From assembly GCA_951406725.2 (NCBI GenBank), contig OX597839.1:22940001-23004000 (forward strand): DNA of 64,000 nucleotides, read 5' to 3'. The notes under the pieces were generated by a model. The model was not told where the DNA came from. It saw only the letters and a list, made by a program, of their open reading frames with translations, and ran no database searches. Of this stretch, positions 1 to 16,215 are shown in pieces (the stretch's first letter is position 1; each line of letters starts with the position of its first letter). The DNA comes from Octopus vulgaris (Eukaryota). The position numbers and the translations under genes were made by a program.

Positions 1-2935
<2,935 letters not shown>

Positions 2936-5305
2936 CATTTCTTTACTACCCACAAGGGGCTAAACACAGAGGGGACAAACAAACGGATTAAGTCGAGTAT
3001 ATCGACCCCAATGCGTCACTGGTACTTTCTCTCTGTAGCACTCCCTCCCCCTCATTCAACTCAAGTGCCTGTCAATATCTCTGTTGTGTGGTCCCTCTGT
3101 GTTTAGCCGCAATCCTTATATGTTTCTTTGAGAGTTCTACAAAAATAAAAATATTTAAAAAAAAAAAAGAATACAAAATAACAAAAGTCAGCCAATAAGA
3201 TCAACAGTGACCCCTGAAGAACAAGGCCATTCTACGGTCACCTCGTGGCCCCTCACTTTCTTCGTTCCGTCTTCTGAAAGCAAGGAAGCAGCCACTCGGA
3301 CACCAGATCAAGCCAAGCAATTAGCTACCCATCCACCCCAAGTAGCCAAACATTTAGTTACCCCAAAAACAAGTCAGCGATCCACCCAACAGCGAACCGA
3401 ACGAGCAACGCGGATCCTGCATCACGTAATCTCATTGCTGCATCTCGTTCCATAATTTGGCCAACAGCCAATCGGAGACGTTCCAACTGCCACCCTTGCC
3501 CACCACCAACCACCACCATCCTCCAACACCGCTGCCATCTACCCCACCACCTCCACTCCCACCCTACTCCAACCCTAACCCAATCAATCATAGATTTAAT
3601 GTGAAGTTATTCAACCTAAACCTTGTCTAGTGAAGCGGAACTGATGGATCTGGCTAATCTCTATCTAGTTTATGGCATTCCTCTACCCTGCTTGCTTGGA
3701 TGGATGGGTATGTATATATGTGTGTATATATATATGGATGGCAACGATGACGAGAGGTTGGTCGTGGTGGTGGTGGTGGTGGTGGTGGTGGAAAAATAGT
3801 GATGTGGACGGCAAAGATGGTGGTGGTGTCTATGGTGGTTGTGATGGTGATGCTTGTGGTGGTGGTGGTGGTGGTGGCAGTGGTGAGAGTGGTGGTGTTT
3901 GTGGAGATCATGATGGTGGTGGTGGTGACAGGTTTAAACATGGTGATGCAAACAGCAAAGATGGCAGTGGTAGTAGTGGTTGTGGTGGTAGTGATGATGA
4001 TGCTTGTAGTGGTGGTGATGACTGTTGTGGTTGTGGTGGATGGGGGTGAAAATGGTGATGCGGATGTCAAAGATGGTGGAGGTTGACATATTAAACATTT
4101 GAAGGTGATGACAGTAGCATGACATTTACCATAAGACTGACTGAGCCGACAGATGAGTGATGATGGATCCTCTATTCCTTTCAATCACTATCACTCAGTT
4201 GTTCAGTCAACTCAACTCCTACTTACTTGTAACACCACAACATAACAGTGGTCGAGTATTCCACAGCAATCCGGTGGCCCTTTCCTGGATGCAATCTCAG
4301 CTATCCACAGATACAGCATCAGCACCATCCTGGATGTGAGAGCTAGAAATCCTCCACAGTAGGCCCTCACCTGAGCTTCCAAGTATCTCAATTTCAGTTG
4401 GGGTCTGTAATATCTCTTGACCTCAAGGAGAAAGGGCCACTTGTTGAGATGTGGTCTTAGTTGTGTACCTTCACCATAGCTAGGGTTAGATCCCTACAAC
4501 TGGCCCTTCAAGTGATTGTAAGACCTAACAATTGGAGAGCAAGTACAAGAGCTGCTCCAGTTGAGCACTGTGAAGGCACATGCCTTAGTGGTCAGAGTAG
4601 TTGGCTCATAATCATAAGGTTGGGAGTTCAATTCCTGGTGATGCATTGTGACCTTGAGCAAGACACTTTATTTCAGTTTATTGCTCCATTCCACTCAGCT
4701 GGCAAATATGAGTTGTACCTGTGATTCAAAGTGTCGAGACTTGTCACATTCTGTGTCACCCTCAAACTCTATGACAGCTACATTAAGGGTATGCATGGCT
4801 GTGGAGTACTCAGCCACATGCATATTAATTTCATGCGCAGGCTTTTCCATTCATCTGATCAACTTGAATACTCATTGTTGTAACCAATGGCATACCAGTT
4901 ATTTTGTGAAGGTACATGGTTAGGGGTTAGTGCATACAGCTCATAATTGTGAGGTCATCAGTTCAATCCCCAATGGTGCACCGTGTCCCCGGGCAAGACA
5001 CTTTATTCCACACCGTTCCAGTCCCCTCAGCTGGCAGAAATGCATTGTACCTGTAATTCAAACGGGGCCAGCCTTGTCACATTCTGTGTCATGTTCAATC
5101 TCCCTGAGAACTACATAAAGGGTAGATGATATCCTGACAACAATAGAAGAAAGAGACAGAAACCACATGTGGACAGGATCCATCAGCAGAAGCACAAAAC
5201 AATTGTTGAACAGTCGTGAAATAGTGACCAACAATGAAGAGGAGGCAACAAGGATGACCATGAAAGGGATGATGTGACTAGATAGATATGTACTGGATGG
5301 AGTGG

Positions 5306-5686
5306 AGGCGCAATGGCCCAGTGGTTAGGGCAGCGGACTCGCGGTCGTAGGATCGCGGTTTCGATTCCCAGACTGGGCGTTGTGAGTGTTTATTGAGCGA
5401 AAACACCTAAAGCTCCACGAGGCTCCAGCAGGGGATGGTAGGGATCCCTGCTGTACTCTTTCACCACAACTTTCTCTCACTCTTATTTCCTGTTTCTGTT
5501 GTACCTGTATTTCAAAGGGCCGGCCTTGTCACTCTCTGTGTCACGCTGAATATCCCCGAGAACTACGTTAAGGGTACACGTGTCTGTGGAGTGCTCAGCC
5601 ACTTACACGTTAATTTCACGAGCAAGCTGTTCCGTTGATTTGGATCAACCGGAACCCTTGTCGTCGTAACCGACGGAGTGCTTCCA
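5306..5686 (+). mobile_element. SINE family C (tRNA-Arg-like head)
   Basis: GGCGCAATGGCCCAGTGGTTAGGGCAGCGGACTCGCGGTCG..GGTTTCGATTCC. The 5' part recurs at 48681-48844. Older relatives lie at about 4575-5125, 17725-18015, 42615-43100 and 44740-45030. Confidence 0.82.
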
Positions 5687-5984
5687 CTCGATGGACCACT
5701 GTCAACAGGGACCACATCAAGTAAGGGAGTGGGGTAAACAGCTGATGGTATGTTGAGGTTTTCATCCAATGTCAAATAACAACAGTAGTACTAGATAGGT
5801 GTGGTGGCTATGGGTGAAACACCTTTGGTTAGATGTTTGGGTGGAGGAAGAGGTGATTGGTGCAGGAGGGGGTGGTGTTGGCTAAGCAACAACAATGATG
5901 ACATCATTACAACTAGCACTGCTAGAGAGAGAGAAAGAGAGAGAGAGAGACAGAGTGTGTGTGTATTTATTTGTATATGTTCTT

Positions 5985-6365
5985 TCAGTCATTAGACTGC
6001 AGCCATGCTGGGGCACCACCCTGAAGAATTTTAGGAGAGGGAATCGACACCACCAACCCCACCATGCTTATTTTTTAAAGCCTGGCTCATATTCTATTAT
6101 CTACTCATCTCTGAACTGCTAAGTTACAGGGATGTAAACACACCAACACTGGTTGTCAAGTGGTGGTTGGGGACAAACACAGTCACAAAGATACATATAC
6201 ACACACAATGGGCTTCTTTCAGTTTCCATTTACTAAATCCATTCACAAGGCTTTGGTTGGTCCAAGGCTACAGTAGAAGATACTTGCCTGAGGTGCCACA
6301 CAGTGGGACTGAACCTGGAACCAAGTGGTTGGGAAGCAAACTTCTTACCATACAGCCACGCTTGT
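5985..6365 (-). mobile_element. SINE family A, diverged
   Basis: Reverse-complement match to the family A head and tail. Confidence 0.8.
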
Positions 6366-7001
6366 GCCAATGTTAACTCTGCTCAGATTGTTTAATGAGT
6401 GTGCCTCGGAGTGTGTGTGTGTGTGTGTTTGCGTGTGGGTGGGTGTGTGTGCATGCATGTGTGTGTATGTGTAAGGGTGTATGTGTGTGTATGGAAATGC
6501 AACTGTGTGAATGTGTAAGGGTGTGTGTTTGCGTGCGTGCATGCATGCGTGAGTGTGTATGTGCATGTGTGTGTATGTGTAGGGGTTGTGCATGTGTGTG
6601 TATGTATGTGTGCATATGTGTGTATGTGTATGCATGTGTGCACGTATATGTGTGTGTGTGTGTTTGTATACACTATAACTGAGTGAATTGATAAGCAGTA
6701 CACTGGCCACAAAGTCATGTGTGAGAGTGTACGTAAGGGGAGGAGGGAGAGAGAGAGAGACAAGAATAGTGGGTGACGGAGAGGAATTGTCCACACACAC
6801 ACACACACACAGTACTACCAATGTACAAAGCATCTGTATGGTGCCAAAGTTAAGGCACCAACCTGATTCTGTTAGCACAAAGCAAACTTTGGAGTCCATG
6901 ACCCGAAAGGCTCCATTATAACAGCAGCAACAACAACAACACCAACAACAATAATAATATTAATTATAGTAACAACAACTACAATAATAATAATAACAAT
7001 G

Positions 7002-7102
<101 letters not shown>

Positions 7103-7129
7103 TAAAAAAATAATAATAATAGTAATAAC

Positions 7130-7169
<40 letters not shown>

Positions 7170-7601
7170 TGATAATAATAATAATGATGATGATGATGAT
7201 GATGATGATGAGAGTTTGATTTTTCAGTTGAGTAGATACAAGATGAAAATAAATATGATAAACCAACAGAAGGCAAGTTATTTAAAAACTAATTAAATAA
7301 TGACTCAATTAATTGATATTTTCATTCTGTTTGAGTGTTAACATCCACTTAGAGGAAGCCTTGGCACTGAGCAGATTGGAAAACGATTCCATAGACACAC
7401 GCAGACGCACACATGCGCTGCACAGGCACACACACATCTGTTTGCGGTTCATGGGTTGTGGAGGGGGATGGAGAGACAGATGTACCTGCGTGTAAACGCG
7501 TGGAATGGAGGTGTGTGTGTGTGTGTGTGTAGTTGGTGTCTGTTATTGTACGTTGATGATGTTACAGCAAATCTATATAAAACATCATCACCATCCCCAT
7601 C

Positions 7602-7651
<50 letters not shown>

Positions 7652-9834
7652 CTCCACTGCAATCATCATCACTATCACCATCATCATCGTCATCATCATC
7701 ACCACTGCAATCATCATCACTATCACCATCATCATCATCATCTCCAACACCATCATCATCATCATCATTTTAATGCCCTGCTTTTCGTACTTGCATTGGT
7801 TGGATGGTGTTTATCGAGGCATATTTTTCTACAGCTGGATGCTCTTCCTGTCACTAATCCTCACCTGCTTCCAAGAATGGTAAGATTCCTCCATAGCCAG
7901 GCATGGTCTTTACTTTTAGCAGAATATTGGAAATGAACGACCCTGCCTGTGTGTGATGGGGGACACTCATTTTACAGCTATTATGCAGTGTCAGGACAGG
8001 GAGACACACGCACACGCACACACATTCATGTATACAGGCAAACACATTCATATAAGCGCACACACACACACACACACATTCATATATACACACACACACA
8101 TCTATACAGAGAGAGAGAGAGAGAGAGAAAGAGACAGAGAAACCCACTTGGGCAAGTGTCTTCTACTATAGCCTCAGGCCAACCAAAGCCTTGGGAGTCG
8201 ATTTAGGAGATGGAAACTGAAAGAAGCCTGCTGTATATAAATATATATATAGATATAGATATATGGAGTGGTTGGCATTAGGAAGGGCATCCAGCTGTAA
8301 AAACCATGCCAAACCAGACACAGAAGTCTGGTGCAGGGTCCTAATTCCTGTCAAACTGTCCAACCCATACCAGCATGGAAGGAGGACTTTAAACGATTAT
8401 GATGATGATGATGATGATGAGGAGGAGGAAGAGGAGGAGGGCGTATTTGCATGTGTGTTTGACAACCAATGTTGGTGTGTTTACGTCCCTGTAATGTAGC
8501 AGTCAAAACTCTTCATGGTGGTGCCCTAGCATGGCTGCAGCCTAATGACTGAAACAAATAAAAGATAAGAAAAATGTCTGTGGAATACTCGGCCACTGAG
8601 GTGTTGATTCCAGAAACAGATGGTTGCATTAATCGAACAACTAAATGTTCATCCTTGCCACCAGTGAAGGATTCATCTTAAAGCACGTGTTTTTGTAATT
8701 CTGGAGAGGAAACCAAAGTTCCATTTGGGAAGAAGATTTTACAATGCTGAAGGATTCAAAAGAGTACAGGGAGCAACAACAACAACAACAACAGCAGCAG
8801 CAGCAGCAGCGGCAGCAGCAGCAGCGGCAGCAGCAGAGAAGTAATCTCTTAGAAATGAGTTCAAATAGATTACATTTTGCAAATAATGATTCATAATTGG
8901 AATAATAATTAGGAAAATAATGAAACAAAGTATTGATTATTATAATATATTGGGGGAGAATATTCCTTCATTATTTTGAGATGCACAGAAGGCAGCAAGC
9001 TGGCGGAATCGTTAGCATGCTGGACGAAATGCTTAGTGGTATTTTGTTTGTTGCTATGTCCCGAGTTCAAATTCCGTCGAGGTCGACTTTGCATTTTATC
9101 CTTTTGGAGTTGATAAATTAAGTACCAGTAAGATGTTGGGGTCAATGCAATTGACTAGTCCCTACCCTCAAAATTTCAGGTGGCCTTGTGCCTAGAGTAG
9201 AAAGGATTATTTAGAGATACATATATTTGTGTGTACGTTTATGTGTGAATGTATGCATGATAGGAAACATTTGCGCAAAGTGCTATGCAGTGGAACTGAA
9301 CCTGAACACCTGTGGTTCGGAAGTGAACATCTTAACCACACAGCCATCCCTGCACCTAGATGTAAATACTATTTTGAGAATCATCAGTTGTTGACACAAA
9401 CTTCCATAATATTTAATCAATTCATTTTTTTTGTTGTTATTTTCACTCACTAATTAGTAGTTAATTAAGCCTGAATAGAACCATTTTTGTCAGATGATTA
9501 AATTGGTCTCTGAACATCAGGGACTAATTTCAAGTGTGTATCTGGAGGGAATAATTTCTTGTAAGGCTGACAGCTTTGGTGAGATGATGTGGAAATCCTA
9601 AGCAAATCCATATGTAAGGAAAATAATTCAAACAGATTCGGATTAGCAGTGTTACTGAAACTGGTTTACCATCACTTACGATGGTGAGGTTTCCAACTGA
9701 TTCGATCACACACACCATAATGCGATATACTGTGTGATACAAATGAACTTAGGAACCTTTACTCAATGAACCTGTCGGAAATAGCATCCAAAGCTCCCTA
9801 AAATCACATCCTACTGTTTTAGAATGTAGTCATA

Positions 9835-10245
9835 GGTGCAGGAGTGGCTGTGTGGTAAGTAGCTTGCTAAACAACCACAAGGTTCCGGGTTCAGTCCCAC
9901 TGCGTGGCATCTTGGGCAAGTGTCTTCTGCTATAGCCCCGGGCCGACCAATGCCTTGTGAGTGGATTTGGTAGACGGAAACTGAAAGAAGCCTGTCGTAT
10001 ATATGTATATATATATGTATGTGTGTGTGTTTGTGTGTCTGTGTTTGTTCCCCTAGCATTGCTTGACAACCGATGCTGGTGTGTTTACGTCCCCGTCACT
10101 TAGCGGTTCGGCAAAAAGAGACCGATAGAATAAGTACTGGGCTTACAAAAAAAGAATAAGTCCCGGGGTCGAGTTGCTCGACTAAAGGCGGTGCTGCAGC
10201 ATGGCCACAGTCAAATGACTGAAACAAGTAAAAGAGTAAAAGAGT
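9835..10245 (+). mobile_element. SINE family A (tRNA-derived, about 410-430 bp, CORE-like CTTGGGCAAGT, internal TA/TG tract, GTAAAAGA tail)
   Basis: The head GGYGCAGGAGTGGCTGTGTGGTAAG..GGTTCAGTCCC has Pol III A/B-box-like motifs. There are many near-identical copies in the window. Confidence 0.9.
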
Positions 10246-10717
10246 ATATGGAAATAAGATGTGGTGTTTGGTCACTACTGGGAGACGTTTGGTCATAAGC
10301 CTGCCTGACCAGAATTGAATCAAGGTTAGATGGCACCGACAACAGAAATATGATTCCACGCATAATGGTGGTAGGTAAGAGATAATGTAATTATATCTCT
10401 GCTAACGATAACACTTTACTCGAATGGAATACAGAAGGCAGAGAATGTCTGTAAAATGAAACATTAAACGTCTGTTGCAGGTGGTGCTAATGTGTTATCT
10501 TTTACCTGTTTCAAGCATTAGACTGCGGCCATGCTGGGGCACCACCCCAAAGAATTTCTAGTTGAAAGAATTGACACCAGTACTGTATTTTTTTTTTAAA
10601 GCTTGGTATTTATTTTATTGTTTTCTTTTGCTGAACTGCTAAGTTATGAGGATGTAAACACACAAACACTGGTTATCAAGTGGCAGTGGGGGGGGGGGGC
10701 CAATAAAAAACTCAAAG

Positions 10718-10764
<47 letters not shown>

Positions 10765-10784
10765 AACACAAACACACACACATA

Positions 10785-10926
10785 TATATATTCAAAATGG
10801 GGGAATGTCGGTTTATGGGATTACCTTAGGTTTCCTGTCCATAAAGGGTTTAGCTTTATGATGGTGTATCATCAGATCCTAAGGTAATCCCATAAACCAG
10901 CCCCCCCCCCCATTTTTAATATATAT
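10785..10926. repeat. Small fold-back element with perfect 21 bp inner arms
   Basis: GGTTTATGGGATTACCTTAGG (10810-10830) pairs with CCTAAGGTAATCCCATAAACC (10878-10898). Imperfect outer arms extend into TA runs. Confidence 0.8.
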
Positions 10927-11000
10927 TGATCTACATCTTAGAGTGTGCTTCTTCTTCTTTCGGATATATGTTTTCTAAACACTACAATACACACACACAA

Positions 11001-11034
<34 letters not shown>

Positions 11035-11044
11035 TTATATATAC

Positions 11045-11329
11045 ATTACTAAACGTTTCAGCTACATGTACTTATCACGCTACTAATAGTTTCCTGTACA
11101 TGCGTACATTCATCAGGCACCAATCGCTGGTTAATTAGACATCATCAAACATGCCAGAAAAACATTGTTATTTAGAAAGGGTGAAATTTGGATAAAAAAA
11201 AAAAAAACTGACGATGAGGAATTATTTGATGTCACAAAAAAAAAGGGCAACTGGTGCCTGATGAACGTATGCATGTAGGGGAAACTATTAGTAGCGTGAT
11301 AAGTACATGTAGTTGAAATGTTTAGTAAT
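11045..11329. repeat. Fold-back element with about 78 bp inverted arms containing CTGATGA..GAAAC
   Basis: 11045-11122 is the reverse complement of 11252-11329 with a few mostly transition mismatches. Confidence 0.8.
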
Positions 11330-11954
11330 ATTGAACTCTCGTTGGATGGATTACTCTTCGTATTGACTTTTATGCAGTTAATTTATACAACAGATTCCTT
11401 TTCAGTTTCTGTCTATCAAATCCACTGGCAATGCTTTAGTTGGCCCAACGCTATAGTAAAAGACACTTGCCCAAGGTGCCATGCAGTGGGACTGAACCTA
11501 GAACCATGAGGTTGGTAAGCAAGCTTCTTACCATGCAACCACCCTTGCACTTAGATCATAAAGTTTGGTAATGTTTTCTGTTTCTACGTGTGGGTTGCAA
11601 GAAAGATGCGAAAGGGCCGTCACAGGTGATGACAGCATTGGGAGAAATGTCCAACGCATGCAAGCTTGGAAAACCGGACATAAAAAATGATAATGATGAT
11701 GATGGTGGTTGTGGTGGTGGTGGTGAGGATGGTGATCGCCAATCAATTTGACCATCAACCTTTCAGGTGCCAATTTGTAATTTATAGGATCACCTGATGA
11801 TAGGTGAACTACTTCACAACAGTTACCTCATACTACAACTCTCAGTCTGCACATAGACTAAAGGGGGATATTTTACAGTAACATAAACATTATTATTATT
11901 ATTATTATTATTATTATCATTATAATTATCATTATTATTATTATTATTAATATT

Positions 11955-11989
<35 letters not shown>

Positions 11990-12030
11990 TATTAATATGA
12001 TTAATATTATGACTATTATTATTATTATTA

Positions 12031-12290
12031 TTGAGTGAGAGCAGTGCATGCCATCCAAGTGACACTGGGGTAAAACATACGAAGCCCAGTATACCCATCA
12101 TGACTACCCTTCTGATAAGGGTACACTAGGCACATGCATCACAACCATATGTGCGCGACATGGTGATCTCATATCAAGGTAACAGCGCATGACCTTGCAG
12201 GTGGGGGCCCAGTCAGGATGTTCTTCAGGTCGAGTAGCCCATCCTGCTCAAAAGGTCCCTGAGAAAGGGTTGCTTAAGGGATGTTTGGCT
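12031..12290 (-). mobile_element. Probable 3' UTR fragment of a non-LTR retroelement ending in (TAA)n
   Basis: A block of higher GC content abuts a long (TAA)n tract, the same layout as the Dong-like copy at 34.4 kb. There is no coding homology. Confidence 0.35.
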
Positions 12291-12513
12291 CCTTTCATTA
12301 GGGATACAGATTTCTTTAAACAATGTATTTTCCTGAGAATAAGTAACAAGAATTGATGGGGTGGGGTGGGGGCACGTTAGATGGAATTACATTTTGAAAA
12401 CGTGCACCAACAGCAAAAGGAAATCTTATGGAAAAGAGAGAGAAATAAATTGAAGTCTCCAAAGTCGAGACAGACAGACAGACAGAAATAAAGAGAGAGA
12501 TTCTGTTACTTAC

Positions 12514-12596
12514 CCATCTTTCTGACTGGAATGGTAACGAAGGCTATCACTTAGTACTCCAGTTTGTGGATAGTTAACGAAATATTTCCTGGACAT
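12514..12596 (-). CDS. Probable alternative first coding exon (MSRKYFVNYPQTGVLSDSLRYHSSQKDG), likely of the same minus-strand gene
   Basis: The ATG at 12596 sits in a GCCAAAATGT context and is followed by 27 open codons plus GG, then a consensus GG|GTAAGT donor (GT at 12513-12512, phase 2). The coding part is unique, non-repetitive sequence. About 0.8 kb of UTR-like sequence lies upstream (to about 13400). No homology was recognised. Confidence 0.55.
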
Positions 12597-13656
12597 TTTG
12601 GCGGAACCTGTTAGTCAGTTAGTGGTTGGTCACATTGTTGTTATAGTTATTGTTGTTGTTGTTGTAGTTGTATGATGATGATGTAGTTCTTGATGTGGTT
12701 TATGGCATCATTGACATTTGGAAGAGGCGGAGGAGGAGGAGGTCGAGGACGAGGACGGGGGGAAGCAGTTTAAACTGTACCAAACACAGAATCCACCTTA
12801 CATTTGGTTTGCATTTGTTTGTATGGCGGCAGATATTTTTAGCGTCGAGGATACGAGAGGGTAAAAAACACGACAGTCATTTTCGGAAGGAAAAGAGAGA
12901 AAGAGACTAGCATACACTAAATATGTTTTCACACACTAGAGAATTATATAAAAATATACAAAAAAAAAATACAAAAAAAAAAACTTTTTTTTTTCCATCA
13001 CCGAAACCTAAGGGAGTTTAAAAAAAAAACACACAACACTCACACACACACACACTTGCTAAAAATAAATAACAAGTAGCTTTCAGTTATCTTAATTTCA
13101 TTGAGTAATAATAATAACAATAATAATAATAATAATAATAATGAAAACAAGAACAACAACAACAACAACAGCAAACAAGAGCAAGAGTCAGAAAGCAGAA
13201 TGTCTAACTGTTTAAAACTTGTGTCCACAAAAGTAATCTGACTCTTTGCTAGTTTTCTGTGTGAAGTCTTGCCAGGAATGTTCAGTTGAAGAACATTGAG
13301 CTGAGAGATTTGGAAATGCCACCGCTTGGCCTTCTTCTCTGCTTCTTTAACAGAAGAGATTTTTTTCCTAAATAACAATAACCCTTTCATAAGCTACATT
13401 TGTCCACACACACACACACACACACACAGGTCTTCTGTTACAGACAAGTGTTTACAGAAACATACATGTATATATGCGAGTGTTTACAGATATATTAGTG
13501 TCTATACACACAGATCTATCTATCTGTCTGTCTATATATAAATATATATATATATAGAGAGAGAGAGGGGGGGAGAGATATAGAGAGAGAGAGGGGGGAG
13601 AGAGATAGGTAGATGGATAGATAGACAGACAGATAGATAAATAGGTAGGTAGGTAG

Positions 13657-13693
<37 letters not shown>

Positions 13694-13750
13694 TTGATAA
13701 ATAGACAGATAGACAGACAGACAGACAGATAGATAGATAGATAGATAAAT

Positions 13751-13808
<58 letters not shown>

Positions 13809-13963
13809 ATAGGTAGATAGATTGGTAGATAGATAGATAAATAGGTAGATAGATAGAGAGAGAGAGAGATTGGTAGATAGATAGATAAATAGATAGAAAG
13901 ATAGGTATATAGGTAGGTTGGTAGACGGATAGATAGATAGATAGATAGATAGATAAATAGATG

Positions 13964-14007
<44 letters not shown>

Positions 14008-14390
14008 TACAGGTAGATAGATAGATAGATAGATTGGTAGATAGATAGATAGATATAACTGTTTATAAAGTTTCTATGTATATTTAAATGCGTATAGAAG
14101 GCAGTGCTCCAGTATGGTCGCAGTTTAATGCCTGAAACAGGGAATGGAATAAACGAAAGCGTGTGTATATGAATGAAGATGTGAATGCACATAAGTGCAT
14201 ATGTGAATGTGTATGCATGTGCACAAGTGCAGTGTGCATGCGTATGAAAATGTGCATGTGTGAGAGAAGAGTTGTATTACGATGCCGTGGTGGGGTTAAT
14301 TTCGGTCCCAGAACTGGAGAGGGGTTAATTTTGCTTCTTGACATTCATACATGAGAAAGGGTAACAAAAAAAATAAAAAGCAGTAAGGGT

Positions 14391-14444
<54 letters not shown>

Positions 14445-15371
14445 TGTGTGTATGTGTATGTATGTATATGTGTGTGTTGTATAAGTATGTATGTATGTAT
14501 ATATTTATATATATGTGTGTGTGTGTGTGTATGCTATGTATGTATTATGTATGTGTGTATGTATGTATGTATGTATGTATGTATGTATGTATGTATGTAT
14601 GTATGTATGTATGTATGTATGTATATATGTATGTATGTATATATGTATGTATATATGTATGTATGTATGTATGTATGTGTGTGTATGTATGTATGTGTGT
14701 GTGTATGTATGTATGTGTGTTTGTATGTATGTATGTATGTATGTATGTGTGTATCTATGTATGTATGTAAGTATGTATGTATGTATGTATGTATGTATGT
14801 ATGTATGTATGTGTGTGTGTATGTATGTATGTATGAGTGTGTGTCAGTTGAAATTTGAATGTGTGTTGGTACATCAACATGTGGCGAAACACACCCACAT
14901 GAATGCTGCATGGAAATCAACCTCTCAATTAGCGACTCCTACCATTACTAAGCTGTGTCTGTCTGACATACACACACATACAAACATTCAAACACACACA
15001 CACATACCTACACACCCAGGGCCCGGGCCTTTACCGCAAAGACAATAATATTTAGTGTCTGTCAATTCTTCCTGCTGTTTATTTATTTATTCCGTACAAC
15101 TCTGCTACAAACTAAGACAACAACAGCCCCTTTATGTTGATGATGGCTACAGGCATAACAACAAACTCTCCCCCACCCTTACGTCGGGATTGTGTGTAGG
15201 TGGGTGTGTGGTGGGGCTGAGAAATACACCCTTTCCCCACCCCCGCACTAAAACCAATGAACAGTTTGAAAAGAAAGAATGGCTCAACATTAGACTGGTT
15301 AACACATTGCAGTTTGGTTTTCAACTACGCATGGAACCGCAGCATTTATCTCTGTTTTTACATATATATAA

Positions 15372-15601
15372 CTTTATTTCTTTACTACCCACAAGGGGCT
15401 AAACACAGAGAGGACAAACAAGGACAGACAAACGAGTTAAGTCGATAATTCGACTCCAGTGCGTAACTGGTACTTATTTAATCGACCCCGAAAGGATGAA
15501 AGGCAAAGTCGACCTCGGCGGAATTTGAACTCAGAATGTAGCGGCAGACGAAATACCGCTCAGCATTTCGCCCAGCGTGCTACCGATTCTGCCAGCTCGC
15601 C
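15372..15601 (-). mobile_element. SINE family B
   Basis: Reverse complement of 21547-21775. Confidence 0.85.
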
Positions 15602-16074
15602 CACACACAGACACACACATACGCACACAGAGCAATAAATAGTTAAATATTCTAAAACTTATCTGCTGAGGTTAAATCCTTTTAAACAGTTGATTCCCAA
15701 CTGGACCTTGGTCATTAAAATCCAAAATATTACTTTGTTTTCTTTTTTATTTAACTGATTTCAATAAAATTCTTTTCCACAATATTTGATTCCAAATATT
15801 AAAAAAAATTTTTTTTTTTTTTAAATGTTGTCCTCCAAACTGCAACACACCCTCACTGGGTTTGCATCTATTTATCCATCTTTCCCCTCCATAAGTTTAA
15901 AATTTATGTCAATAAATACAAATTGAAACAAGATCAGATTTCTGTCGTGTAATTTTCTGAGGCGTTTTTAAAAAAAATTATTATTTTAGTTTTTCTTCAT
16001 CCACACACACACATGCACACACACCAATATAAACACACTCACGCACATATACACACACACATAGATGTAAACTA

Positions 16075-16215
16075 TTAGTTCATCCGTCGTTGTCGACGGT
16101 GACCAAGGGCATCGGATGGGAGAAGAAGGGAGGGCAATGTATGTCCAGCTGTGGACAATCAGTCTGATGCGTGCTTGGAAGGCACTGTCGCAGTTAGGGC
16201 ACCGGTGATCTGCCG
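16075..16215 (-). mobile_element. Short 3' terminal fragment of an RTE-like LINE
   Basis: A decayed zinc finger HRCPNCDSAFQARIRLIVHS is followed by GGTCACCGTCGACAACGACGGATGAAC, which resembles RTE 3' ends. Confidence 0.65.

Noticed and set aside
3025-3135. Strong minus-strand acceptor TTTTTATTTTTGTAG near 3136-3150
   Set aside because: All three frames hit stops shortly after, and part of the sequence is SINE-like.
5306-5380. tRNA-like sequence
   Set aside because: It continues into a SINE body, is repeated at 48681, and lacks a proper acceptor stem. It is a SINE head, not a tRNA gene.
9811-10069. Recurrent ORFs such as MSSNARGTNTDTQ..EDTCPRCHAVGLNPEPCGW that look like a multicopy Cys-rich peptide family
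   Set aside because: They are antisense translations of SINE family A. Frames and stops vary among copies.
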